64,000 nucleotides of DNA from Nannocystales bacterium (GTDB lineage: Bacteria; Myxococcota_A; Polyangia; Nannocystales; Nannocystaceae). Positions 38,278-49,119 of the stretch are shown in pieces (position 1 is the stretch's first letter; the number at the start of each line of letters is the position of its first letter). The notes beneath the pieces were generated by a model. The model worked only from the letters and a program-made list of their open reading frames with translations. It did not search any database and had not been told where the DNA came from. The position numbers and the translations under genes are program-made. The DNA is taken from assembly GCA_050633305.1 (NCBI GenBank), contig JBOEGF010000004.1, positions 96,001 to 160,000 of the forward strand, written 5' to 3'.

Positions 38278-38985
38278 ATGGAGCTCGACGAGATGTACGG
38301 GTACGTGTTGATGGCGTCGGCGGGAGGTGGAGCCATCGCGCTGTTGCTTGTCGCGGTCGCCAAGGCGCGTGGGAGTGCAGCGACCGGCGGTAGCGCGCTG
38401 CTTGCGGTCTCTTCGCTGATGTACGTGCTCGCCGGCGTAGGGGGAGCCTCCGCGCGTGTTCGCTCGGCTGGCACCGCGGGGACCGCCCAGGCGAATGTCG
38501 GTGCGCAGCAGGCTGACGCTGAGGCGAAGGATGCGGCGCCAGAGGCCGAGGCGCCCGAGGAGGAGAAGCCGGCGGCTCTTGTCGCGGCTCCTGTCGTGGA
38601 GGCCGAGGCTGAACCCGCCGCCGCGGTGGACGCAGAGGCCGAGGCTGAACCCGCCGCCGCGGTGGACGCAGAGGCCGAGGTCGCGGCGGAGCTCGAAGCA
38701 GAAGCAGAAGCAGAAGCAGAGCCCGAGGTGGAGGCCGAACCCGAGCCCGTCGCGACACCGAAGCCCAAGAAGAAGAAAAAGAAGAAGAAAAAGAAGACGC
38801 CGCAGGCGGATCCGGAACCGGCTGCCGCGGACCCAGAGCCCGCCGCAGAGCCCGAGCCGAAGGCCGAGCCTGAGCCGAAGCCCGAGCCCAAAGCCGAGCC
38901 GAAGGCGGAACCCGAGCCGAAGGAAGAGGCTCCCAAGAAGCCCGCGCTCATGGATGACACCCCGCCCAAGGTGCCCAGCGAGTAG
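38278..38985 (+). CDS. Membrane-anchored low-complexity protein (Glu/Ala/Pro-rich with a poly-Lys tract)
   Basis: Two N-terminal hydrophobic helices, a 36-bp tandem duplication (38599-38670), a K10 tract and EP/KAEP repeats. Confidence 0.7.
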   Translation: MELDEMYGYVLMASAGGGAIALLLVAVAKARGSAATGGSALLAVSSLMYVLAGVGGASARVRSAGTAGTAQANVGAQQADAEAKDAAPEAEAPEEEKPAALVAAPVVEAEAEPAAAVDAEAEAEPAAAVDAEAEVAAELEAEAEAEAEPEVEAEPEPVATPKPKKKKKKKKKKTPQADPEPAAADPEPAAEPEPKAEPEPKPEPKAEPKAEPEPKEEAPKKPALMDDTPPKVPSE

Positions 38986-38994
38986 ATCCGCGCT

Positions 38995-40776
38995 CTAGGG
39001 GGCGGCCGGGCGAAGCTTGGGGCGCAACACATCGAGGCCGCGTTCGAGAACTTCGTCGCGGCCTTCGGCAATTCCAGCGACGCTGGGCCTGACTTGGATC
39101 TCGGGGGTGACCCCGTCGTTGTGAAATGGCGTGCCATCGTGGCGGGTCACTCGCATCCCGCTGAAGACGACATAGAACCCGCCGAGGGTGTCGTGGCGGA
39201 CGATATCCCCGTTGGCGCCCGCGGTCGTGCTCCCGACCAGCGTCCCCAAACTGTGCGTCTGGACGTAACTGAGGATGGACTCGGCGTAGCTGATCGCGGC
39301 TGCGTTGATCAGGAAGACGGTTGGTGCCTCGATGTGGGGGGTCGAGGGGCGACGGTTCCAACCGATGTCGGCGAAGCTGACCGGGGCCCCACCAGGCTCG
39401 ATGAATCGCGGGACATGCATCCAGGCGGCGTCCTCGGGTGAGGACATGAGGTGGTCGAGCAAGTCGTCGTTGTGGATCGGGTAGCCGCGGAGGTCGAACA
39501 CGATTCCTTCGGCGGCAACCAGCTCCTCGAGCCTGGGCTTGAGGTCGGTCCATGAAAGCCGCGTGAGGTCGACGTAGAGCACCCCCGGCTCGACCTCCCC
39601 GAACGCGTCGGGTCGGATGTCGGGAACGATCTCGTGCAGGGAATAGCGGGTCTGGACGGCCTCGACGGCGCCACCACGCTCGATGCCCAACGTGACGGTG
39701 TTCCCACCAGGCCCGCGCGCGCCGTCCCATGTGCATGCCCGAAAGCGGCGCCACTGAGGGGTTCCCGAGAGGCGCTCGGCGATCGCCTGGGCTCGCGGCC
39801 ACGCAGGCGTGCCGTCGATGGTCGCGATCACCTCGCCGACGGCGATGTTGGGGTCCTCGGAAGCGGCCACCACGACAGCATCGCCAACACAGGCGGTACG
39901 GACAGGGAGCCAGCCGATACCGCGGTGTCCCTCCCGTTCCACACGGGCGTGCCCGTCCTGCAACGCGCGGGTGAGCGTGCGGATCGAGTCGATGAGGTCG
40001 GCTTCGGTGCTGTCGTCCGCGGTGTCGCGTAGTGCTTGGCGGAGAACATCTTCCCAGGGAACGGAGACGTCCTCCTGGTAGGGGTAGAAATGGCGGAGCA
40101 CCGCCCATACATCGATCAGCAGGGCCTCCCGGACCGCGCGAGAAGAGAAATCGGTGGGATCGAGCGTGGGGGCGAGCGGGGCCGGGGTCCGGTGGGCGGC
40201 TTCGGGCTCCAGGACCAGCGGGATGCGGGCATGAAGGGGGCCGAGAAGCGGGGCGGTGTGCGGCCGCGTGGGGTCGGGCGCTTCGGAAAAGCGGCGTTCG
40301 TACCGGGTCTGCGGCGTCACGCGAACGCTGGCGTACGGGGGGCGAAACAGCGAGAGCGAGGTGCCCTCATACCCCTGATGCTGCCAGTAGATGAGGTCCG
40401 CACGTCGCGGCGGAGGCTCGAGGTTCGGCGGTTCCGGGCTGGGCGCGACCCACAGTGCGAGGCCGTGGGTGTAGGGCGCGAAGGTGCGCCGCAGCGCCTT
40501 GGCGAGCTCTCCGTATCGTGTCGCCCCCGCCGCAGCGTGCACACCGTCTGCCGCGACCTGGGCCCAGTCCGCATCGTGGGCTGCATCGGTCGGGTGGAAG
40601 TACCGGACAACCCCATACAGCCGAGCGAAGGCGACGAGGGCGTCTTCACGCGAGACGGCCGCACGCTCCGCCTCGGTGGGTGTTGGGTCGGGTGGGGGAG
40701 TCGTGGGCGTGGGGGACGGGCAACCCAGGAGTGCCGTCGCCAGCAGGGCCGTCACGGCACCGTTGGGCTTCAGCAC
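38995..40776 (-). CDS. S41-family peptidase lipoprotein with PDZ domain
   Basis: Lipobox-like ALLGC, then RYFHP, HFYPY, DGH, FDLRGYP, AISYAE, GSTTAGANG and GVTPEI. GTG start at 40776. Confidence 0.88.
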   Translation of the reverse strand: MLKPNGAVTALLATALLGCPSPTPTTPPPDPTPTEAERAAVSREDALVAFARLYGVVRYFHPTDAAHDADWAQVAADGVHAAAGATRYGELAKALRRTFAPYTHGLALWVAPSPEPPNLEPPPRRADLIYWQHQGYEGTSLSLFRPPYASVRVTPQTRYERRFSEAPDPTRPHTAPLLGPLHARIPLVLEPEAAHRTPAPLAPTLDPTDFSSRAVREALLIDVWAVLRHFYPYQEDVSVPWEDVLRQALRDTADDSTEADLIDSIRTLTRALQDGHARVEREGHRGIGWLPVRTACVGDAVVVAASEDPNIAVGEVIATIDGTPAWPRAQAIAERLSGTPQWRRFRACTWDGARGPGGNTVTLGIERGGAVEAVQTRYSLHEIVPDIRPDAFGEVEPGVLYVDLTRLSWTDLKPRLEELVAAEGIVFDLRGYPIHNDDLLDHLMSSPEDAAWMHVPRFIEPGGAPVSFADIGWNRRPSTPHIEAPTVFLINAAAISYAESILSYVQTHSLGTLVGSTTAGANGDIVRHDTLGGFYVVFSGMRVTRHDGTPFHNDGVTPEIQVRPSVAGIAEGRDEVLERGLDVLRPKLRPAAP

Positions 40777-41390
40777 GTACTCCCGAGCAGGAGCTGTGCG
40801 ACGTAGTACATCGGGAGTCCCCACAGACGGTTGCTGAAGTCGGTGGATACGAATCGATCTCGGGCGACCGAGAGGTCGGAGAGGTAGAAGGCGATCGCGC
40901 CCGCGAGCATTGTGCTGGGGGCTCCCGCGCGCCATGCCGCGAAGGCGGCAGCGACCATGAACGTGATGACGACGATGTAGACATCGACGGGTCGTTTCAT
41001 GTCCTGCGGAATCGTGGGGCGTAGCCAGCGACGAACCGCCCACGCGGCGACCGTGAGTCCGGCCACCGCCACGGCCATCGTCGTCCACGCCGGATCGAGC
41101 CCGACAAACGCGACGATGTACGCGACGTGAGCGCCCAAGAACGCGACAAGTCCTGCGAGAAACCAACTCGACCGCTTGCTCAGCAGGAACACGTCTCCAA
41201 ACCACGACAGCACCAGGCCAGCGAAAATGGCCTGTCCGTAGGAGGTCTCGAGCGCGCCGTGGTGCAGCGCCCAGCCCAAGAAACCAACGCTCGCGGCGGG
41301 TTTGAAGCGGCGGGTCCATTGCTGGGCGTCCGCTCGTTCCGCCCACAGGACACCGGCGAGGGCGGTGAGGGTGAGGCCGAGCCAGATCAT
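40770..41390 (-). CDS. Lysoplasmalogenase (YhhN/TMEM86 family)
   Basis: FKP, GDVFLL, GLVAFLGAHVAY, FYLSD and YYVAQ. Confidence 0.92.
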   Translation of the reverse strand: MIWLGLTLTALAGVLWAERADAQQWTRRFKPAASVGFLGWALHHGALETSYGQAIFAGLVLSWFGDVFLLSKRSSWFLAGLVAFLGAHVAYIVAFVGLDPAWTTMAVAVAGLTVAAWAVRRWLRPTIPQDMKRPVDVYIVVITFMVAAAFAAWRAGAPSTMLAGAIAFYLSDLSVARDRFVSTDFSNRLWGLPMYYVAQLLLGSTC

Positions 41391-41860
41391 GATGCGTCGT
41401 ACTCCAAGGTGCCAGAGAATCGGCCGGTCTCGCCGAGGTCTTCGGGCTTGCTACCGAGCATGCCTTCACGGACGCAGCCCACCAGGTCCGCGGGGGGGTC
41501 GCCCGCGACGTCGGCCCGTTCGACCCGGACGCCGACGCCCCGTGCAGCGATGATCTCGACCGAGACCTTCAGCGGTGTTGCGGCGCTCTGTGGTCGAGTG
41601 TTTCGGCAACGCTCGATGACCGGAAGCAACGCTTCGCGAACCGCGTCGGCGACCGAGCCGTCGAGGCTCGGATCGCCAGCGGCGGTGAGCGCATCGCGGA
41701 TCTGGGCTTTCACCCCCTTGGGTGGGCTCTGTGCCCCGACCGCCGGGGTGCTGGACTCCGCGGGCTCGGGATCAGCAGTGGCTTGCGCGCGCAGCAGCAG
41801 CAGCCCGAGCAAAACCAGGGCCGCGACCGCCGGGAGGATGAAGGCCTTGTTTCCCTCCAC
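41387..41860 (-). CDS. Exported protein with AgmX/PglI (TonB-C-like) domain
   Basis: N-terminal TM followed by IERC...KVSVEI...LVGCV, a two-Cys pattern. Confidence 0.55.
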   Translation of the reverse strand: MEGNKAFILPAVAALVLLGLLLLRAQATADPEPAESSTPAVGAQSPPKGVKAQIRDALTAAGDPSLDGSVADAVREALLPVIERCRNTRPQSAATPLKVSVEIIAARGVGVRVERADVAGDPPADLVGCVREGMLGSKPEDLGETGRFSGTLEYDAS

Positions 41861-41938
41861 CCCCCGATTGTGCCCGTCTCGGAGGGGGCTCGGGTAGAAA
41901 ACCGACCGGCTTCGTCGGGATCGTATTGCAGGGTGGGT

Positions 41939-43327
41939 CTACGACTCGGGCGTGTCCACGTAGCGGGCGCGAAGAGCCTCGAAGAACGCTCGAATACCGA
42001 ACGGTTCTCCACCCGCTGGCCGTCCGGCACGGCTCCCGGTGTAGTAGGCCATCGTGTCGATGTGGGACCAGTTAACCCCGGTCCCGACGAACTCCTTGAG
42101 GAACAGAGCTGCGGTGATTGCCCCGCCCTGGCCGACGCTTGCGATGTTGTTGAGATCGGCGAGGGTGCTGTCCAGGTGGCGGCGATACGGCGTGTGCAGC
42201 GGCATCCGCCAAAGGGGATCGCTCGTCGCGATTCCGCCATCGAGGACGGACTGGGCGAAGGCGTCGTCGGTCGAGAACAAGGCGGGAAGCTCGGTCCCCA
42301 GCGCCACCCGTGCGGCGCCGGTGAGCGTCGCGAAGTCGATGAGCTGATCGGGGGACTCCGAAGCGGCCTCGGTCAGGGCGTCGGCGAGAATCAGGCGCCC
42401 CTCGGCGTCGGTGTTGCCCACCTCGACCGTGAGGCCTTTTCGGGTCTGCAGCACATCACCGGGACGGAAGGCGTTGTCCGAGACCGAGTTCTCGACCGCG
42501 GGGATGAGGACGCGCAGCCGGACGGGAAGCTCCGACTCCATGATCAAGGAGGCGAGGGCGAGCGCCGTGGCTGCGCCCCCCATGTCTTTCTTCATCAGTT
42601 TCATGCCAGCGGCGGACTTGAGGTCCAAGCCCCCGCTGTCAAAACAGACGCCCTTGCCCACCAGGGTGAGCTTGGGTGCATCGGCGGCGCCCCAGGTGAG
42701 GTCCAGCAGGCGAGGGGCCCGGGAGGCTGCACGTCCCACCGCATGGACGGCCGGGTATCCCTTCTCCAGCAGCTTGTCGCCGACGATGACCGAGGTCTTC
42801 GCGCCGCACCGTTTTCCCAACTGCACACCTGCGTCGACCAGCTCGGCGGGTCCCATGTCATCCGCGGGGGTGGTGATCAAGTCGCGGCCGAGGACGGTCG
42901 CGCGATAGAGGCGCTCGACGTGATCGCGGTCGGCCAGCTCGGGCCAGACGAGCGATGGGTGCCGACGGGTCGAGGCTTTGTAGCGGTCGAACCTACGGGT
43001 TTCCAAAGCCCAGCCGAGCGCCGCATCGGAGGCCATCCGTGCCGTGAGCTCGCCTTGAATCTGGTAGCGCGCTGCGGGAAGTTTCGCGGCCGCGCGCGCA
43101 AACGTCCACGGCGTGGCTTCGCTGTAGACGAGCACTGCGCGGCTCAGGCTGCCGGTGCGGTCCGGGATCGTCGCGAGGTCGCCGGCCTTTCCGCGGAGCC
43201 GAAGCCCCTTGAGCCAGTTCTGAGTGACCTTGGGCTGGGCCTTCAGCCAGCGTTTGTACGCCTTGGTGTGGACGGCGTGCAGGAGAATGGTGCCCTTGGA
43301 GGGCCGAGCAGCGAGATGATCCACCAT
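41939..43327 (-). CDS. Leucyl aminopeptidase (M17 family)
   Basis: VGKGVCFDSGGLDLK, MKKDMGGAA, NTDAEGRL and ATLTGA. Confidence 0.96.
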   Translation of the reverse strand: MVDHLAARPSKGTILLHAVHTKAYKRWLKAQPKVTQNWLKGLRLRGKAGDLATIPDRTGSLSRAVLVYSEATPWTFARAAAKLPAARYQIQGELTARMASDAALGWALETRRFDRYKASTRRHPSLVWPELADRDHVERLYRATVLGRDLITTPADDMGPAELVDAGVQLGKRCGAKTSVIVGDKLLEKGYPAVHAVGRAASRAPRLLDLTWGAADAPKLTLVGKGVCFDSGGLDLKSAAGMKLMKKDMGGAATALALASLIMESELPVRLRVLIPAVENSVSDNAFRPGDVLQTRKGLTVEVGNTDAEGRLILADALTEAASESPDQLIDFATLTGAARVALGTELPALFSTDDAFAQSVLDGGIATSDPLWRMPLHTPYRRHLDSTLADLNNIASVGQGGAITAALFLKEFVGTGVNWSHIDTMAYYTGSRAGRPAGGEPFGIRAFFEALRARYVDTPES

Positions 43328-43354
43328 CGCCCCGACCTTATCAGGTGATCTGTG

Positions 43355-44101
43355 TCAGCCGGGACAGGTGCCGCATGCCTCGAACTCGACCCCTTCGGCA
43401 CAGGTCTCGTCCCATCCTTCCAGGCAGCAAACACTGTCCACCGCACACACGCAGGCCTCGATCTCATTGTCGTCACAGCCGGGTGTCCCGTTGTCTGCAC
43501 AGCAGTCTCCCTCGCCGCCGACGCCTTCACAGGTTCCGCAACCGTAGATCACAACCGCCACCACGCAGGCCTCGTCCCATGCGTTGTCGCAGCAGAACGG
43601 ATCTTGGTCGCATACGCAGCTCGTGACCGCTTCGTCATCGCAGCCGGGTGCGGCATCCTGGATGTCGCAGCAGGTCCCCGCATCGGGAGGAGGATCGCCG
43701 GTGGGGTCCGTCGGATCGTCGGTGTCGGTGTCGGTGTCGCTCGTCTCCGTGTCGGTGCCCGACTCCGTGTCGGTGCCGGACTCCGTGCCCGACTCCGTGT
43801 TGGAGGCCGAGGTGGATGTGGACTCCGAGGGCGAGCTGGAGTCGTCGGTGGGGTCGTTCGTGGGATCGCTCGAAGGGGATGATGGGTCGCTGTCGGTCAG
43901 GGATGGGTCATCGTCGTCGTCGAACGTGTCCGGGAAGGTATCTGGAGGGTCGAACGTGTCCGACGTCGGGCTGCTCGCGGCGCTTGGACTCGCCGGCGAC
44001 CCGGATGCATCGGTATCGGTATCGGTGTCCCCCTCGGAGTCGTTGCCACAACCCACAGCCAAGGCGAGGGAGGCAGCCAGAGCGCAGCGCAGCAGATCCA
44101 C
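43355..44101 (-). CDS. Lipoprotein with Asp/Thr/Ser-rich stalk and two 10-Cys repeats
   Basis: Lipobox LAVGC and repeats of the form CC-x7/8-C-x7-CVC-x5-CC-x3-W-x3-C-x8-CGxC. Confidence 0.85.
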   Translation of the reverse strand: MDLLRCALAASLALAVGCGNDSEGDTDTDTDASGSPASPSAASSPTSDTFDPPDTFPDTFDDDDDPSLTDSDPSSPSSDPTNDPTDDSSSPSESTSTSASNTESGTESGTDTESGTDTETSDTDTDTDDPTDPTGDPPPDAGTCCDIQDAAPGCDDEAVTSCVCDQDPFCCDNAWDEACVVAVVIYGCGTCEGVGGEGDCCADNGTPGCDDNEIEACVCAVDSVCCLEGWDETCAEGVEFEACGTCPG

Positions 44102-44211
44102 CGGACCATTTCACCAGCTTCGGTGTCCTCCCACAACCAGGCCGACCACCAGGCTCGCAGGGGCGCGAAAGAACATGGTGCTGGCGTGGCGCCAGCGGTG
44201 CCCCGGTGCAG

Positions 44212-44856
44212 TCAGCCGCTCGACTCTGCGGAGCCCTGGCCGGTCGAATCGGGGGCTGCACACGTGCCACAGCCCATGGACTCCACCGCCTGTACGCACT
44301 GGAAATCCCACGCCTCAGCGCAGCATGAGGGGTTCTCCGCGCAGACGCACTGCTGGACGTCTGGATCCGCGCAGCCCGGAGTCCCGTCTGCCACGCAGCA
44401 ACTCGCCGTGCCGGGGCACATGCCGCAGCCGAAGAGAAAAACGTCGGCAACGCACTGCGGATCCCAGGCGTCGTCACAGCACGCCGGATCCACATCGCAT
44501 ACGCAGGTCTGCAGCGCGGGCACTTCACAGCCGGGCTCCTCTCGGGCCTCGCAGCAGCTCCCCGGGGCCCCGCATACTCCACACCCCAGCGCATCGACCT
44601 GTTGGACGCAGTGCTCGGTCCACTCGACTTCACAGCACGAAGGCTCAGCATCGCAGACACACGCGCTGAGGATAGGGTTGTCGCACTGGGGCCCGGAGTG
44701 CGCATCGCAGCAGTCGGCGTCGCCACCGGAGTCGTCGTCATCGGTCGGCACACCGGTCTCCCCGCTGGGCGGGTCGTTGCTGCCGAAGCGAAGCTCTCCG
44801 CACCCCATCGCCGAGAGGCAGACGGCCACAGCCAGTGCGCAAGCGTGTTGCCGCAT
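44212..44856 (-). CDS. Lipoprotein with three 10-Cys repeats
   Basis: Lipobox-like SAMGC and three copies of the same Cys repeat found in the neighbouring gene. Confidence 0.85.
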   Translation of the reverse strand: MRQHACALAVAVCLSAMGCGELRFGSNDPPSGETGVPTDDDDSGGDADCCDAHSGPQCDNPILSACVCDAEPSCCEVEWTEHCVQQVDALGCGVCGAPGSCCEAREEPGCEVPALQTCVCDVDPACCDDAWDPQCVADVFLFGCGMCPGTASCCVADGTPGCADPDVQQCVCAENPSCCAEAWDFQCVQAVESMGCGTCAAPDSTGQGSAESSG

Positions 44857-44860
44857 GCGG

Positions 44861-46072
<1,212 letters not shown>

Positions 46073-46090
46073 CCGACGATCGACCTTATC

Positions 46091-46729
46091 ATGGCGTGGT
46101 ACTCACGGAGCGTGGCGGGACGCGCGGCACAAGGGTGGGCCGGACGGCTTGGCTGGCTCGCCGGCGGAGCGGTGATCGGTGCCTCGATCATGTCCCTTCG
46201 TGCACCGGTTCCGCGCGACATGCCAGTGGCGGCGGACACCGATTCGGCATGCCCCCCTGCGCTCGCCCCAAGCTGTCCCGAGCCGGTTCTCCCAGACCCG
46301 CCCCGGATCCTCGCGGTGAAGGACGTTTCCGGCCCCGCGCCCAAGGCCCCTGAAACCGAGCCTGAACCGACGCGTGCGGCCAAGCGGCCTCCCAAACCGA
46401 CGCTCAAGTTGCCGCGGATGCCTGGGACCAACCAGCTCCGGGCCGGCACAAAATGGGATCAGACGCGTGAGGCGTGGGCGCTGACGTTCGCGTACGAGAT
46501 CCCAGCGGCTCGCGCCCAGGTGTCCACGTTCTATCGGAAGGTCTTGGAAGACGCGGACCTGGTTGTCGAAGCGTCCGAGGGGGCTCCCGACGAGGAGGGC
46601 GCGGTTCCGCTATACATCAAGGGACGCAATGCCGACGAGCACGCCCACGTCACGGTGCGCCAGTCGGTCGACGAGTTCGAGACTCGCGTCCGCGTCATCT
46701 GGCGGTTCTACGACCGAGCGGTGCGGTGA
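46091..46729 (+). CDS. Hypothetical membrane-anchored protein
   Basis: N-terminal hydrophobic segment, Pro-rich linker and a compact C-terminal domain (QVSTFYRKVL). Confidence 0.65.
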   Translation: MAWYSRSVAGRAAQGWAGRLGWLAGGAVIGASIMSLRAPVPRDMPVAADTDSACPPALAPSCPEPVLPDPPRILAVKDVSGPAPKAPETEPEPTRAAKRPPKPTLKLPRMPGTNQLRAGTKWDQTREAWALTFAYEIPAARAQVSTFYRKVLEDADLVVEASEGAPDEEGAVPLYIKGRNADEHAHVTVRQSVDEFETRVRVIWRFYDRAVR

Positions 46730-46803
46730 GTTCGTCCTTGAACGGTGGGAAACCGGTGGAATCCGGTGGAATCCGTCGCCGCGTTGGCGCGTATGCTGCG
46801 GGA

Positions 46804-48198
46804 GTGAGATGTCTGGGCGCGATTGCGGGGCTTCTGTGGCTCACCGCCTGTGGGCAACCCGAACCTGCGGACCCGCCGGCACCTCCGACGACTGCACCGC
46901 AAACCGTACCCTCCTGTCCCACGGCACCCGTGCAGACCGACGTCCTACCTGGTACGCACGCGCGGCACACGACGGCGGATTTTTGGATCGACCGGCTGCC
47001 GCCCGGTGTGGCGGATGAGGTGCTGGTCCCCTCCGAAGCCATCGCGGGGCTCAACGCCCAGTTCTCTCAGGTCGTGGGGGCGTGGCGGAGCATCGACGAG
47101 TCGACGGTCGGGGACCGGGGCAGCATCGACGCCTCGATCTCCGAGCGAATGCAGTACCTCAAGGGGGAGCTCGAGGCAGGCCGGTTCGTCGAAGCCCGAC
47201 CCGACGCGTTCGCCCGAGCCGAGGCGATCGTGGCTGCCGCGACCGCGGTCGATCATCAGCGTCTGGTGATCGGCGAAACACCGCTGCGCTGCGTCCCGAT
47301 CCCAGGTGGGGAGTCCGACGGACTGTTCAAGGTCCCCATCGATCGCGACTTCGACCGCAACGCGTGTGCGAGCTTGCACCCCGGAGAACGGGTGCGGGTG
47401 TTGGCGCGTGGGCCCAAGGGAAGGTGGTTGTACGTCCATGCCGGGCACACCGTCGGATGGGTCGAAAACGCGGTATTCTCCAGGCGGCTCTCCCCTTCAG
47501 CGATCGATGCGTGGGCCAGCCCCCATCGACTCGTTCCGGTGCGTGACGACGTCACCACGGGGGGAGGTCTGCGGCTTCGACTCGGCGTCAGCATCCCACT
47601 GCTCAGCAAGACCGACGAGGGGTCCTACAAGGTACTGGTCCCCGGTTCGCAGGGGCCCGTGGAAGATGTGGTGGCGTCCGATGCGGCGGTTTCGGAAGGC
47701 TACAAACCCCTGACGCGGCGCAGCTTGCTCGAAGCCGTCTTCAGCGAATTGGGCGACCCGTATGGCTGGGGCGGTCGCGCCGGAGAGCGGGACTGCTCGC
47801 GCCTCGTGCGTGATGTCCTCGGAACCTTCGGTTTCGAACTCGCGCGTCACAGCGGTGTTCAGGCCAAGCAGGGGGTCCGTAACATCGACGTGTCGGCGCT
47901 CGAGCCCGAGGCCAAACGCACCGCGATTCGTGCCGCAGCGCAGCGCGGGGTCGTCGTGCTCTACATGAAAGGCCACATCATGTTGTACGTCGGCGCGGAC
48001 GGGCCTCGCGACTACGCGATCTCGGCGATGAGTGAGTACCTGACCCCGTGCGAGGGCGGGCCGGACACCACCCATCGCGTGGACGCGGTTGCGGTCAGCA
48101 CACTGGCGTTGGGGGAGGGGACCGAGCGGACTGCGTTTCTCGACCGCATTCGCACGTTGGTCGTGTTCGAGCCCCCGAAGGCACCCGACGCAGGCTGA
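46804..48198 (+). CDS. NlpC/P60 lipoprotein with SH3-like domain
   Basis: Lipobox LTAC, SH3-like LHPGERV...WLYV..GWV, PYGWGG, RDCS and GHIMLY. Confidence 0.88.
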   Translation: MRCLGAIAGLLWLTACGQPEPADPPAPPTTAPQTVPSCPTAPVQTDVLPGTHARHTTADFWIDRLPPGVADEVLVPSEAIAGLNAQFSQVVGAWRSIDESTVGDRGSIDASISERMQYLKGELEAGRFVEARPDAFARAEAIVAAATAVDHQRLVIGETPLRCVPIPGGESDGLFKVPIDRDFDRNACASLHPGERVRVLARGPKGRWLYVHAGHTVGWVENAVFSRRLSPSAIDAWASPHRLVPVRDDVTTGGGLRLRLGVSIPLLSKTDEGSYKVLVPGSQGPVEDVVASDAAVSEGYKPLTRRSLLEAVFSELGDPYGWGGRAGERDCSRLVRDVLGTFGFELARHSGVQAKQGVRNIDVSALEPEAKRTAIRAAAQRGVVVLYMKGHIMLYVGADGPRDYAISAMSEYLTPCEGGPDTTHRVDAVAVSTLALGEGTERTAFLDRIRTLVVFEPPKAPDAG

Positions 48199-48213
48199 TA
48201 CCCTCTGCGCCCG

Positions 48214-49113
48214 ATGGCAGTCGAGATCGCCCTGGTCACCGAGCGCCGCTACGAGGCGGTCTCTCAGCAAACGTCGTACACGGCGAACATCTTCGAGGAA
48301 GACCGCCTGCTGAGCGAGGCGTTGGCCCGCCACGGAATCGCCACCCGGCGGGTGGATTGGTCCCGTACGGACGTGGACTGGGGCGACTTTGCGGCGGTTG
48401 TTCTGAGAACGCCCTGGGACTACTTCGATCGTTTCGAGGCTTTTTCAGGCTGGCTCGACAGCTTGCAGACTCACCCGTGCGTGCTCAACGACCTGGGGAC
48501 GCTGCGGTGGAACATCGACAAGCACTACCTCGCCGATCTGCAGGCCGCAGGGGTGCCGGTCGTGCCGACCGTGTTCGTGGAGCAAGCAGAATCCACCTCG
48601 CTCCATGACGCGATGGCCCAGCTGGGGAGCGAGGCGGTGGTCTACAAGCCGACCGTCAGTGGCGCGGCTCGGGAGACCTACCGAGTGCGAACCGGCGAGG
48701 CGGATGACCACGCGGAGCGCTTTGGGCGACTCGCGCAGGAGCGCGCGATGATGGTTCAACCGTTCATGCCCTCGATCCTCGAACGAGGAGAGGTGACTGT
48801 GGTCGCGATGGAAGGCAGGCCCACGCACGGGCTGATCAAGAAGGCCAAGGCCGGTGACTTTCGGGTGCAGGACGATCACGGCGGCACGCTGCACGCTCAC
48901 GTTCCCGCGGCCGATGAACTGGAACTGACCGAGGCAGCGTTGGGGGTCCGGGGTCCGACGCCGGTGTATGGCCGCGTCGACATGGTGCGCGACGAGACCG
49001 GCCAAGCGCGCATCATGGAGCTGGAGCTGATCGAGCCGGAGCTGTGGCTTCGACTCCACCCTCCTGCCGCGGAGGCATTTGCAGAGGGCATCCGCGCGGC
49101 CATGCGAGGCTGA
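48214..49113 (+). CDS. ATP-grasp ligase (RimK/glutathione synthetase/DcsG-like)
   Basis: LRTPWDY, WNIDKHYL, VYKPTVS, QPF, DFRVQ..HGG, YGRVD and MELELIEP. Confidence 0.9.
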   Translation: MAVEIALVTERRYEAVSQQTSYTANIFEEDRLLSEALARHGIATRRVDWSRTDVDWGDFAAVVLRTPWDYFDRFEAFSGWLDSLQTHPCVLNDLGTLRWNIDKHYLADLQAAGVPVVPTVFVEQAESTSLHDAMAQLGSEAVVYKPTVSGAARETYRVRTGEADDHAERFGRLAQERAMMVQPFMPSILERGEVTVVAMEGRPTHGLIKKAKAGDFRVQDDHGGTLHAHVPAADELELTEAALGVRGPTPVYGRVDMVRDETGQARIMELELIEPELWLRLHPPAAEAFAEGIRAAMRG

Positions 49114-49119
49114 GGAGGC

